Below, piece after piece: positions 38,390 through 51,135 of a stretch of 64,000 nt of DNA. Position numbers and translations under genes: made by a program. The notes beneath the pieces were generated by a model. The model had not been told where the DNA came from and did not search any database. It saw only the letters and a program-made list of their open reading frames with translations. Source of the stretch: Octopus sinensis (Eukaryota); assembly GCF_006345805.1 (NCBI RefSeq), contig NC_043015.1, positions 42,904,001 to 42,968,000 on the forward strand. The letters run 5' to 3'. The first letter of the stretch is position 1. Every line of letters starts with the position of its first letter.

Positions 38390-39935
38390 AACAGCAGCAA
38401 AATGCATCAACAGCAGCAGCAACAGTAACTGCATTAGCAAAATAACTGCATCAACAGTAACTGCAGCAGCAAAATAACTGCATCAACATTAAATACAGCT
38501 GCAAAATAACTGCATCAACAGCAGCTGCTGCAGCAAAATAGCTGCATCAGCAACAGCAGCAAAATAACTGCATCAACAACAGCAGCAAAATAACTGCGTC
38601 AACAACAACAGCAGCTGCAGCAGAATAATTGCACCAACAGTAACAGCAGCTGCAGCAGCAAAATAATTGCACCAACAGTAACAGCAGCTGCAGCAGCAGA
38701 ATAATTGCACCAACAGTAACAGCAGCTGCAGCAGCAAAATAATTGCACCAACAGTAACAGCAGATGCAGCATCAAAATAACTGCACCAACAGCAGCAGCA
38801 AAATAATTGCACCAACAGTAACAGCAGCTGCAGCATCAAAATAACTGCACCAACAGCAGCATCAAAATAATTGCATCAACAGCAACAGTAACTGCAGCAT
38901 CAAAATAACTGCATCAACAGTAACAGCAGCTGCAAAATAATTGCACCAACAGTAACAGCAGCTGCAGTAGCAAAATAATTGCACCAACAGTAACAGCAGC
39001 AAAATAATTGCACCAACAGTAACAGCAGTTGCAGCATCAAAATAACTGCATCAACAGCAGCTGCAACAGCAAAATAATTGCACCAACAGTAACAGCAACT
39101 GCAGCAGCAAAATAATTGCACCAACAGTAACAGCAGCTGCAGCAGCAAAATAATTGCACAAACAGTAACAGCAGCTGCAGCATCAAAATAACTGTATCAA
39201 CAGTAACAGCAGCTGCAGCAGCAAAATAATTGCACCAACAGTAACAGCAGCTGCAGCATCAAAATAACTGCATCAACAGTAACAGTAGATGCAGCAGCAA
39301 AATAATTGCACCAACAGTAACAGCAGCAAAATAATTGCACCAACAGTAACAGCAGCTGCAGCAGCAAAATAATTGCACCAACAGTAACAGCAGCTGCAGC
39401 ATCAAAATAACTGCATCAACAGTAACAGCAGCTGCAGCATCAAAATAACTGCACCAACAGTAACAGCAGCTGCAGCAGCAAAATAATTGCACCAACAGTA
39501 ACAGCAGCTGCAGCATCAAAATAATTGCACCAACAGTAACAGCAGCTGCAGCATCAAAATAACTGCATCAACAGTAACAGCAGCTGCAGCAGCAAAATAA
39601 TTGCATCAATAGTAACAGCAGCTGCAGCAGCAAAATAATTGCAGCAACAGTAACTGCAGCAGCAAAATAATTGCACCAACAGTAACATCAGCATCAAAAT
39701 AACTGCATCAACAGTAACTGCAGCAGCAAAATAATTGCACCAACAATAACATCAGCAGCAAAATAACTGCATCAACAGGAACTGTAGCAGCAAAATAACT
39801 GCATCAACAGCAGCTGCAGCAACAAAATAACTGCATCAACAACAACAACAGCAAAATAACTGCATCAACAGTAACAGCAGCAAAATAACTGCATCAACAG
39901 CAACAGTAACTGCAGCAGCAACAGTAACAGTAGCA
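38390..39935 (+). repeat. CAG/CAA-rich minisatellite, main unit 38 bp (gcaaaataattgcaccaacagtaacagcagctgcagca), with shorter variants
   Basis: Period measured from 38661 to 38699. It is embedded in a degenerate (CAG/CAA)n field spanning 38040-40330. Confidence 0.92.
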
Positions 39936-40125
39936 GCCGGCCAAGAATTTGGACCTGGAGATCTCCATTTACAGCGACTTTGAGGGCCACCTCCCAGTGG
40001 TGTCGGGCGTCAACGCAGAGCCCTCGACTACAACAAGACGACCAAAGGTTTTTTTCCAAGGTCTTTGGTCTCCCGCCCCTAAGCCCTAGACCATCACCTA
40101 ATCACTCTAACCCGTCTTGTTGCTT

Positions 40126-40156
<31 letters not shown>

Positions 40157-40726
40157 GCATCAATAATAACTGCAGCAGCAATTGCAACTGCAGCATCAAT
40201 AATACCTGCATCAGCAACAGTAACTGTATCAATAGCAACCACTGCAGGAGTCACAACAGCAATTTGTTGCAATGATGGTAACAACAGCAGCGATTGCAAC
40301 AGCAACTGTCCTAAGCACAACAACAACAAGAAGTCTAGACAACTGTGGGCTATAATTCAAAAATCTGTCATGCGTTACAATGTTACGGATCTGTGAACAT
40401 TTCAAGCCATCTCGGTGTCTACTGGCAGAGAATTTTGGCAGGAATTTGGCTGCGACAGAATCTAATCTAATAACATCTAAAAACGAAGCTGTACAGGATT
40501 TAAGGATATTCTCTCAAGTGTAAAAACAATAATTGCAAAACGAAACTGAAGAATACAGGAATCTTAGACCCAGGAGGGATTGACATGAAATACAATGGCT
40601 ATACCCATGAGTATAAAATACACACACACACACAAAGTGCATACAAACACACAGGACATGATACACACACACACACACATAGGCATTGTAGCATACTGTT
40701 TATTGAGGTGTAAATGCTTTGAAGAC

Positions 40727-41465
40727 GTGGCTGTGTGGTAAGAAGCTTGTTTCTCAACCACATGGTTCTGGGTTCAGTCCCACTGCATGGCGTCTCGGGC
40801 AAGTTTTCTTTTATTATAACCTTGGGCCGACCAAAGCCTTGTGAATGGATTTAATAGACGGGATGAAAGACCGAGGCCTCTGAGATATGCTGTGACTGCG
40901 AAGACCCGACAAATGGGTTCTGGGTTCAGTCCCACTGCATGGCGTTTCGGGCAAGTTTTCTTTTATTATAACCTTGGGCCGACCAAAGCCTTGTGAATGA
41001 ATTTAATACATGGGACGAAAGACCGAGAACTCCTCTGAGATATGCTGTGACTGGGAAGACCTGGCAAATGAAGTGAGTTCATGGCTTGCAGGACGGCCTG
41101 CTGTGGTAACCTTGGATCGTAAAGTGACCCGCTGTGCTTGAGGAGACCTATTGAGTCAAGTACGTCAACATCAAAATAAAAATCAAATGGAAATTGTAGT
41201 TATGATACCTGTGCCGGTGGCACATAAAAAGCACCATCCGAATGTGGCTGACGCCACTGCCGCCTGACTGGCGTCTGTGTCGGTGACATGTAAAAACCAC
41301 CAACTGATCGTGGACGTTTGCCAGCCTCCTCTGGTCCCTGTGCCACTGACACATAAAAAGCACCAACTACACTCATGGAGTGGTTGGTGTTAGGAAAGGC
41401 AACCAGCTGTAGAAACACTGCCAGATCAGACTGCAGCCTCCTGGCTTCCCAGACCCCGGTTGAAC
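40727..41465 (+). mobile_element. SINE A head fused to an RTE 3' end, with the ~152-bp junction tandemly duplicated (40763-40914 / 40915-41070), followed by family B 3' UTR
   Basis: Both units read ggttctgggttcagtcccactgcatggcg...aaagaccgag..ctctgagatatgctgtgactg.gaagacc..caaatg. The last part resembles the RTE C-terminal DRxLWRYAV coding segment seen at ~14675. Confidence 0.8.
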
Positions 41466-42058
41466 AAAGGTGACTCAATGAAGTTGCTCAACCTGCTAGA
41501 AATAGCAGCCAAAATTTCCTAAAATCACAATTTATCTTTATGAAGAAAAAAGACTGGTTTGTATTGTCTGCTAGAAATAGCAGCCAAAATTTCCTAAAAT
41601 CACACCATATCTTTATGAAAAAACAAACAAAAAAAAAAACGGTTTGCATTGTCTTATATGTTATGCCTGAAAATAAAGAAAGAATTGTCATAATTGGGAC
41701 AGCATTGATTGAAGCGTCTTTGAGTAGTTCAAGCAGCAGATGGCATCAAAAACTGGTCAAATATTGATGCCAGATTCACAATGGTCAAGCTTTCCAAGAA
41801 CATGGCTTACTGAACTTAAAATTCCCAATGGGTTTGTGGGGTGGAGGGTGTGGCAATAATCTGAAAGAAACGGTGAAGATGACCAGTATGGTGTATCCTG
41901 CCCCAAGAAGCATCTCGTATAAGTTTGATTAGCATGCTTAGTGCCAAGAATTGACGACAAATTATGCGACAGGTTCACAATGGAATGGAATAAGTAAAAG
42001 AAGAATGGTTTGGTCAGTAAAAGACTGACCGAACAGGTCAAACACGATGCCGACTTAC

Positions 42059-42143
42059 CAAGGTTCTTTTTCTCTTCCCATTCTTCTAGCAGTTCCGTCA
42101 CGATGAAAGCAAATACAGATGTTCGATGTTTCTTGTCGTTGTT
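42059..42143 (-). CDS. NUDT3: Penultimate 85-bp coding exon of the same NUDT3/4-like gene
   Basis: ttttccag|AAC AAC GAC AAG AAA CAT CGA ACA ... AAC CTT G|gtaagt translates to NNDKKHRTSVFAFIVTELLEEWEEKKNL(G), homologous to vertebrate DIPP NQxRKHRTYVYVLxVTEvLEDWEDSVNIG. Canonical splice sites; splices in frame to 1465 (G+GT = Gly). Confidence 0.92.
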
Positions 42144-42239
42144 CTGGAAAATATGAACAAACAGAGAAAAACATAAGTAAACAAATAGTAAAAACCTCAA
42201 AAAAAAAAATAATAAAAACATACATCAACAAATGTATGA

Positions 42240-42895
42240 CTGTGTTCGGTTCCACTATGTGGCACCTTGATCAAATATCTTCTACTATAGCCCTGAGCTG
42301 ACTAAAGTCTTGTGAGTGGATTTGGGAGATGGAAACTGTAAGAAACTTGTTGTATGCATGTATCATCATCATCATCATCGTTTAACGTCCGCTTTCCATG
42401 TTAGCATGGGTTGAACTATTTGATTGAGGACTGGCGAACCAGATGGCTGCACCAGGCTCCAATCTTGATTAGGCATGCTTTCTACAGCCAGATGCCCTTC
42501 CTAACACCAACCACTCTGAGAGTGTAGTGGGTGCTTTTACATGCCACCGGCACGAGGGCCAGTCAGGTGGTACTGGCAATGGTCACAGAAAATCATGTTT
42601 ATCTTTTTTTTATGTGTCACCTGTACACCGGCACAAGTGCCAGTAAGGCGACGCTATGTATATATCTATGAGTGTGCGTGTCTTTGTGTCTATGTTTGTC
42701 CCTCCACCACTGCCTGACAACAAGTGTTGGCATTGTTGCATCCTTGTGACTTAGCAGTTTAGCAAAAGAGAGCAACAGAATAGGCACCAGGCTTAAAAAA
42801 TAAGTGCAGGGGTCGAATCATTTGACTAAAACTTCAAGGCGGTGCCCCAGCATGGCCGCAGTCTAACGACTGATACAAGCAGAAAATAAAAGATA
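42240..42895 (+). mobile_element. SINE A split by a nested family B copy (42362-42655, minus)
   Basis: The A head (42240-42350) and A tail (42660-42895) flank the B insertion at the central microsatellite. Confidence 0.75.
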
Positions 42896-43006
42896 CGATA
42901 TAGTAGGGACCAGCAACGAAGTCAGAGGGAGCAATGGTGGAATGATTAAAAGACTAAAGACATCAGTGATTAAAATGAAATAAGATGAGAAGAAAATAGC
43001 ATCGTC

Positions 43007-43235
43007 TTAACCATTCGGCATTCAGATTACTCTGTCAAATGTAAGGCTTATTTAGTCACATTATTTTCAATGAAACATGTATTAACTTGTAGCTCTGAGA
43101 TTTCAAAGCTGTGAGTGTATATATTTAGAATGACATTGTAGGGTAAGCACGAGAGGCCTGATCTGGCCAATTTGAACATAAAACAGGTGAAATATTTGGG
43201 CCAAAATACGGCCGTTTCGAAAACTAAAGGCTTAA
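43007..43235 (+). mobile_element. TTAA-flanked MITE (piggyBac-like termini, degenerate)
   Basis: ttaaccattcggcattcagattactctg...ctaaagggcttaa. Other copies at 36215-36437 and 18967-19248. Confidence 0.65.
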
Positions 43236-43434
43236 GGTCTACTGTCTCTCGTACTTGTATGGATTAGAATTCATTGTGGCACAGGTTTTTCTATAGTTAT
43301 TGGATGCCATAGAAAAATCTGGTTGTCAGCTCTTACCAATATTTTCCCAGAACAGGACATGTTTTCATGGAAGATTGGAAACAAAAATCACAGGTGGTGT
43401 TCTTTGATAACTATGACATAATCCTTTCTATCTA

Positions 43435-43478
<44 letters not shown>

Positions 43479-43553
43479 CACATACATATATATACATATA
43501 TATATATACATACATATATACACACACACATATATATATATACACACACATAT

Positions 43554-43587
<34 letters not shown>

Positions 43588-44572
43588 GTATTTGCTCCCT
43601 AGTGCCAAAGAGGTGTTGTTGCAAAAACTTGGTGATTGCTCAGTCAGCTGTGCCCAAATTGTCAGCAGCTCCAAACAGCCACACCCATTGTCTCATTTCT
43701 GTCACACTCATGTGTAGGAAAGGCATGAACATCACTACAACACCACAGACCATCAACAACAAGCGATATTGTTTCGCTTCTCTTTATTAATCATCATCAT
43801 CTTCATTTTCAACATCATCATCATCAGCATCCTCATCATTATTACCATCAAAATGAAATGCCAAATGTCATAGCCATTAGCAGTATTGTTTTTAATGTGA
43901 TTAGCACAGCAGGCAAATTTTGCAATTAGTAAAAATTAATTATCTGGAGTGTAGTAATTGGAAGCCATAACACAATTTCTACTATTCTGTTTTGATGACA
44001 TCATGTCTCATCCCCCCCCCCACCTCACATCAACACACACACTGCAAATAACAATAACAACAATACGACAACAACAAAAACAACAACACTGAACTAAGTG
44101 CAGGGAAGGGGATGGGGTTCAGAAGGCTTTGGTTTGCCCAGGGTTATAGTAGAAGACTCTTGCCCAAGGTGCCACACAGTGAGACTTGAACCCAGAACCA
44201 TGTGGTTGGGAAGCAAGCTTCTTACCACCCAGCCGTGACTACAACTTATTCATAAGACATGGTGTTTGAACACATGTCCTCACTGTTGTTTAAACATCTC
44301 CGTTTGCAATGCTTGCATGGGTCGGATGGATTGTTGAGGCAGATTTTCTACAGCTGGATGCCCTCCCTATCACCAACCCTCACCTGTTTCCAAGCTAAAA
44401 AAAAATATTTCCCCAAGGCCAGACATGTTTACACGGAACATTGGTAACAAATTGCATGACATACGACAGCGACACTTGTTTACGACTCATGGGATGTCAA
44501 GACAAGGAGACAGTAACACACACACACATAGATCAGCATTGTGTACAGATTTGTGAGTATTAAATCTACAAT

Positions 44573-45270
44573 AGGTGCAGGTATGGCTGTGTGATAAGAA
44601 GCTTGCTTCCCAACCACGATTCTGGGTTCAATCCTACTCTATGGCACCCTGGGCTAGTGTCTTTCACTATAGCATTGGGCTGACCAAAGTCTTGAGTGTG
44701 GATTTGGTAGACGGAAACTGAAAGAAGCCTGTCATATATATATATATATATGTCAGTTCAGCAAAATTTAGATTCAAATGAATATGGTACTTAAGTCAGA
44801 TGCACCAGAATTTTGTACGGTATTATTCATATAAATCCATGGGGTGATTATAATCAAAGTAAGCAACAAGAATATCTTGGGTAATTTGGTATGATCGTTT
44901 CATGCTACATCATTTTACTAAACATTGTAAGTATTACAACAGTTTTAAAATGTTGAGCAATCTTCAGCCATTCATAGAGGGTTTCCAATAAGTATATGTA
45001 TTGATGGAAAACCTCTATGAACAGATATATATATTTATATATCTGTGTGTGTGTCTTTGTGTCTGTGCTTGTCCGTCCAACACCACGTGACAACCAGTGC
45101 TGGTGTGTTTATGTCCCCATAACTTTGTGGTTCAGCAAAAGAGACTGACAGAATAAGTACAAGGCTGTAAAAGAAATAAGTCCTGGGGTCGAGTTGTTTG
45201 ACTAAAAAATAACCCTTCACGGTGCTTCTCCAGCATGGCCGCAGTCAAATGAATGAAACAAGTAAAAAGA
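44573..45270 (+). mobile_element. SINE A split by an unrelated ~270-bp insert (44751-45024)
   Basis: Head 44573-44735 and tail 45043-45270 flank the insert, which sits in the central (TA)n. Confidence 0.75.
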
Positions 45271-45298
45271 ATAACATATAAAATAAAGAATATATACT

Positions 45299-45710
45299 AG
45301 GTGCAGGAGTGGCTGTGTGGTAAGTAGCTTGCTTACCAACCACGTGGTTCCGGGTTCATTTCCACTGCGTGGCACCTAAGGCAAGTGTCTTCTACTATAG
45401 CCTCAGGTAGACCAAAGCCTTGTGAGTGGATTTGGTAGACGGAAACTGAAAGAAGCCCGTCGTATACATGTATATATATGTATGTGTGTGTATATGTTTG
45501 TGTGTCTGTGTTTGTCCCCCCAACATCGTTTGACAGCTGATGCTGGTGTGTTTACGTCCTTGTAACTTAGCGGTTCGGCAAAAGAGACCGGTAGAATAAG
45601 TAAGTACAACGCTTACAAAGAATAAGTCCTGAGGTCGACTTTCTCGACTAAAGGCGGTGCTCCAGCATGGCCGCAGTCAAATGACTGAAAAAAGTAAAAG
45701 AGTAAAGAGT
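45299..45710 (+). mobile_element. SINE A, full-length
   Basis: Close match to 3008-3423. Confidence 0.9.
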
Positions 45711-46297
45711 ATAAATTCTATATCGATTCTTTTCCTGGTTTCAGCCATTTGGCTGAGGCCATGCTTAAGCACACACACACAGACACACACACACACACAG
45801 ACACACACACAGACAGACACACACACACGCACAGACACACACACACACGTTTTTATCTCAATACAAGACTTGCAATTACTCAATTAGCAGTCATTTCTTC
45901 TTCGTCCACTGATGCATGTAGCCAACCGAAAAAAAGCTGACTGTATGAAATTGCGGTTTGCCAAATGTAATCCCTGTTTACCTGGCACTCGCAGACATGT
46001 TCCTGTAGACAACGGTACATGGATATTGATATTTCATTACAATACATAAAATCTAATTTAGAAATGTGTTTGCAGCCTGGTCAAAAAGAAGAATGGAGGA
46101 AGAAACAAAAACAAAAAAAAGCCCCTGCCTGAATTAACCATAACTATATGTGTGTGTGTGTGAGAGAGAGGGAGAGAGAGAGAGAGAAAGAGAGAGAGTG
46201 TTGTGTGAATATGCAGTGTACCCCACAAGAAAAAATTATTTTCAACAAATGTTTTATATTCAAAAACCTACCAGACATAAGGAACACAAGATATCTG

Positions 46298-47132
46298 TGC
46301 ATGCATATGTATGTGTATATGTGTGTGTGTGTATACATATATATGTATATGATGTGTGTGTGTGTGTATATATATATAATGTATATGATGTGTGTGTGTG
46401 TGTGTGTGTATATATGCATATATGTATATATACATATAGATATGCACATACCTATATATATATATATATATGCACATATCTATATATACATATATATATA
46501 TGCACATATCTATATATACATATATATATATACACATATCTATATATACATATATATATGCATATATATATATACGCATATATGTGTATATACATATATA
46601 TACGCATATATGTGTATATACATATATATACGCATATATGTGTATATACATATATATACGCATATATGTGTATATACATATATATACGCATATCTGTGTA
46701 TATACATATAGATATGCACATACTTATATATATATATATATATATGCACATATCTATATATACATATATATGCACATATCTATATATACATATATATATA
46801 TACACATATCTATATATACATATATATATGCATATATATATATACGCATATATGTGTATATACATATATATACGCATATATGTGTATATACATATATATA
46901 CGCATATATGTGTATATACATATATATACGCATATCTGTGTATATACATATGTACACGCATATGTATATATGCATATATATATATACGCATATATATGTA
47001 TATACATATATATATATGCATATATACGTATATACATTTATATATATATGCATATATATGTATACATACATATATATACGCATATATGTACATATACATA
47101 TATATATATACACATGTGTGTGTGTGTGTGTA
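46298..47132. repeat. TA/CA microsatellite with 26-bp subunits and an ~270-bp higher-order duplication
   Basis: 'tacatatagatatgcacata' at ~46431 and ~46703; 'tacgcatatatgtgtatatacatata' is repeated. Confidence 0.85.
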
Positions 47133-47694
47133 TGAAAGAGAACATGTTCATATAACTGCATGTATTTCCAAACTGAAAATTATTCTCCTGTTCAGTATCT
47201 CAAATATATAATAATAATAATAATAATAATACTAATACTAATACTAATAACAAAACAAATAAAAAGGAGGAGGAGGAGGAGGAAGAGGTAGACGTCGTGC
47301 TGGCGGTGGGAGATTCGAGGAGGTCTGCATTTGTCTCATGGACCGAAATTAAAGGGCTTTAGAGTAAAGTGTTTTGTTCAATACGAGCATTACAACATCT
47401 CCTTAACAACAACAACGTCAACAGCTGTCGCCGCCGCCGCCACCGCCATCATCAATAACTGTTTATAGATCTCTCTTCGCCACACAGAAAAATCACTGCC
47501 TCTTTGCATCTCTCACATGCACACACACATACATGCATGTGCAGACGTTTGCACATGTATACAACATCGACACATCATTGAATACAGCAAAAGTTCCCTT
47601 TTTCTTTTTTTTTTTCCAGGTTTTATTTTCATTTCCAATATTGGCAGAAATTTGCATAATCATGTTTTCCCCTTTTCTTGTTTCTGAGGGTGAT

Positions 47695-47960
47695 GAGAGG
47701 GAAAGAGAGAGACAGAGAGGAAGAGAGAGAGAGAGAGTGAGAGAGAGAGAGAGAAAGGGAGAGAGAGACAGAGTGATAAAGAGAGAGAGTGAGATATACA
47801 GACAGACAGAGCGCTACAGAGAGGGAGAGAGAGAGAGATGAGAGGAAGAGACAGAGTGATAAAGAGAGGAATAGAGAAAGGGAAAGAGAGAGACAGACAG
47901 TGATAAAGAGAGTGAGAAAGAAAGAAAGGGAGAGAGAGACAGTGATAGAGTGAGAGAGAG

Positions 47961-47997
<37 letters not shown>

Positions 47998-48190
47998 GAG
48001 ATACAGACAGAGCGCTACAGAGAGCGAGAGAGAGAGAAAGGGAGATGGAGACAGTGATAAAGAGAGAGAGAGAGAACGAAAATCAGAGAACAAGACAGAG
48101 ATAGATAGAGCGATAAAGAGAGAGGGAGAGAGAGAGAGAGAGAAAGGGTGAGACAGACAGACAAAGTGATAAAGAGAAAGAGGGAGAGTA
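47695..48190. repeat. (GA)n-rich purine tract
   Basis: Direct inspection. Confidence 0.9.
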
Positions 48191-49126
48191 TTTAATTGGT
48201 TCCAGCATGGGGAGAGGAAGCTTAGTGTCAGCATTTGCCAATAAAGACAAAATGGTCTATAAAATGCTTATGTGTGTGTATATATATGTGTGTATACATA
48301 CATGCATTGTAAACGTGTGTGTGTGTGTGTGTGAATATTATGTAAACGGGACATATTAAAAAAAAAAATAATTTGTTATCCAATGTAATGGAAATCCATG
48401 CCATCATCATCATCACCATCATCATGGTTTAACGTCTGTTTTCCATGTTGGCATGGATTGGATGGTTCGACTGGGGTCTGGGAAGCCAGGAGGCTGCACC
48501 AGGCTCCAATCTGATCTGGCAGTGTTTCTACAGCTGGATGCCCTTCCTAATGCCAACCACTCCTAGAGTGTAGTGGGTGCTTTTCATGTGCCATCTGTAC
48601 AAGGGCCAGAGGGGGCTGGTAGTGACCACAATCAGTTGGTGCTTTTTACATGCCACCGGCACGGAAACCAGTCAAGGCGGCACTGGCATCGGCCACGTTT
48701 GGATGGTGCCTTTTATGCGCCACTGGCACAGGGATCACAACTACAATTTCCATTTGATTTTGATGTACTTGCCTCAATAGGTCTCCTCAAGCACTGAATG
48801 TCGCCCTATGATCCAAGGGACTTTTGAGTGGGCTGGTTATGCGACACTGGTATAGGTTACAGCTGTGAATTTACAGCTGTAGGTTACAAAATAATAATTA
48901 AAAAAAACCCCAAAAAACTGAATCACTGAGTTAATGTAAGGGTCTCTATATTTTAGCTTGACCTGCTAGAAACTGCAGTCATAAACATGGCTATTGTTTT
49001 AATGTCCACTTTTAATCTCGGGTAGGATTAACCAGCTTTTTTTTTTATCGTTTATTATTTTGAAACTCAAAGAATGAAAAAGCAGAGTTTGATTTCTATT
49101 AATCCAGTGAAAAGAAGATTAATATT

Positions 49127-49497
49127 GGCTGTGTGGTAAGTAGCTTGCTTACCAACCACATGGTTCCAGGTTCAGTCCCATTGCGTGGCGCCTTAGGCAT
49201 GTGTCTTCTACTATAGCCTCAGGCTGACCAAAGCCTTGTGAGTGGATTTGGTAGACGGAAACTGAAAGAAGCCCATCATATATATGTATATATATGTTTG
49301 TCCACCCCCACACCATTGCTTGACAACCGATGGTGGTGTGTTTAAGTCCCTGTAACTTAGCGGTTCGGCAAAAAAGAGACTGGTAGAATAAGTACTAGGC
49401 TTACAAAGAATAAGTGCTGGGGTCGATTTGCTCGACTAAAGGCGGTGCTCCAGCATGGCTGCAGTCAAATGACTGAAACAAGTAAAAGAATAAAAGA
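49127..49497 (+). mobile_element. SINE A, near full-length
   Basis: Family A head through tail. Confidence 0.9.
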
Positions 49498-50013
49498 GCA
49501 AAGAGATGATAGTGATAAAATGGTAGACCATACCCAGCTGACTCCAGGCTCTCCATCAAATATGGAAGCTGGTACCATCACCATTGTATTAACATAATGG
49601 ATGTTTTAATTTGTCTGTCAGAAGAATTTCAAACAGGAAATTTCTTGCATGTCTATCTAACGTGTAAAACTTTGCAATTCCCATTAGGAATTGAAATATG
49701 GTGAATACTTAGTACAGAAATATTTCCAATTTCCTGTTTCTGCCATCAGCACCTGTGCAGGTGGCACGTAAACAGCACCCATTACACTTAAGGAGTGGTT
49801 GGTGTTATAAAGGGTGTCCAGGTATAGAAAGCATGCCAAATCAGATTGGAACGTGGTGGAGCACGTCTCCCTCCCAGCTTACCAGTTCCAGTGAAACCGT
49901 CCAACCCATGCCAGCATGGAAAGCAGACACTAAATGAGGATAATAATATTGCAGGAATGGCTGTGTGGTAAGTAGCTTGCTTAGTAACCACATGGTTCTG
50001 GGTTCAGACCCAC

Positions 50014-50216
50014 GAACGAGGCAATTTCTACTCTTCTCCTCTGGAAGCCATCTACTCGCAATACCAGAGGGCGCACAGTCTCCTACCCTGATGTAATCTC
50101 CAGGGATACAGGCATCCAGCAACAGGACCTCCGTAATGCCATGATGGACCGTGAAGTCTGGCGTAGCATGGTAAATTCCATTGTCTCGATCACGGTCAAA
50201 CAATGATGATGATGAT
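50014..50216 (+). mobile_element. 5'-truncated RTE-clade LINE end inserted in a SINE A head
   Basis: Stop-free frame NEAISTLLLWKPSTRNTRGRTVSYPDVISRDTGIQQQDLRNAMMDREVWRSMVNSIVSITVKQ*, followed directly by a (TGA)n tail. SINE A sequence resumes at 50217. Confidence 0.82.
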
Positions 50217-50664
50217 TGGGCAAGTGCCTTCTACTATAGCCTCAGGCCGACCAAAGCCTTGAGAGTGGATCTAGTGGACGGAAACTGAAAGAAGCCCACC
50301 ATCATATGTCAAGTTGGCATATAGTCTGTCTTTATGTTCCAAGTCCAAATACCATTGAGGTTGACTTTGTCTTTCATGCTTTCGGGGTCGCTGAAATAAG
50401 TACCAGTTGAGCACTAGGGTCAACACATTTGAGTACACCCGCTCCCCATAAAATTTCAGGCCTTGTGCCTATAGCAGAAGGAATTATACTTCTCCATGCT
50501 GATTCTGCCTGAGAATTGCTTTCAGAATAGAATACATGTGTCTGTGGAATACTCGACCATTTCCAGTTTTAATTCAAAGAGAGAGAGAGAGAGTGTTTCA
50601 GTTGACCGAAACACTGTAACTGACCATCGTTCATTGTGAAAACTGATGGAGAGCCATAACTTCA

Positions 50665-51135
50665 TCAACATCAATGTTGCCATCACAAACACCACCACTA
50701 CCACCACAATGATTAACATTGCCATCAACACCACTGTTGATATCATCATCACAATCATCATCACCACGATCATCAGCACCACAATCATCAGCACCACAAT
50801 CATCATCATCATCACTATCATCATCACCACCATCACAATCACCATGATCATCATCACCACCATCACCATGATCATCACCATGATCATCATCATCACCACG
50901 ATAATCATCATCATCATCATCACTATGATCATCACTACCATCATCATCACCACGATCATCATCACCACCACCATCATCATCATCATAATCACAATCACCA
51001 TCATCACCACGATCATCATCATCCTCATCATCATCACCACGATCCTCCTCCTACTCATTTACTGTTGCCAGCACCAGCTCCAGCCAAACCTCAACGACCA
51101 CGACCACGACCACCACCACCACCACCAGCAACAGC
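50665..51135. repeat. (CAT/CAC)n trinucleotide field
   Basis: Direct inspection. Similar fields at 13670-14220, 31940-32410 and 54590-54710. Confidence 0.9.

Larger units (their letters stand above)
1466..42058 (-). other. 40,593-bp phase-1 GT-AG intron of the NUDT3-like gene
   Basis: Donor gtaagt starts at 42058 and acceptor ttgcag ends at 1466 on the minus strand. The spliced product gives a continuous ...KKNLGRKREWF... reading. Confidence 0.85.

Noticed and set aside
38154-39935. Possible coding repeat (polyQ-, Ala/Thr- or Leu/Cys-rich protein)
   Set aside because: The main unit is 38 bp, not a multiple of 3, so the frame shifts every unit; the plus frames contain frequent TAA stops.
41757-42221. 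154-aa ORF as a complete gene
   Set aside because: Only 42059-42143 resembles DIPP and is bounded by AG/GT; the rest is intronic read-through. The same applies to ORF 1353-1586 beyond 1465.
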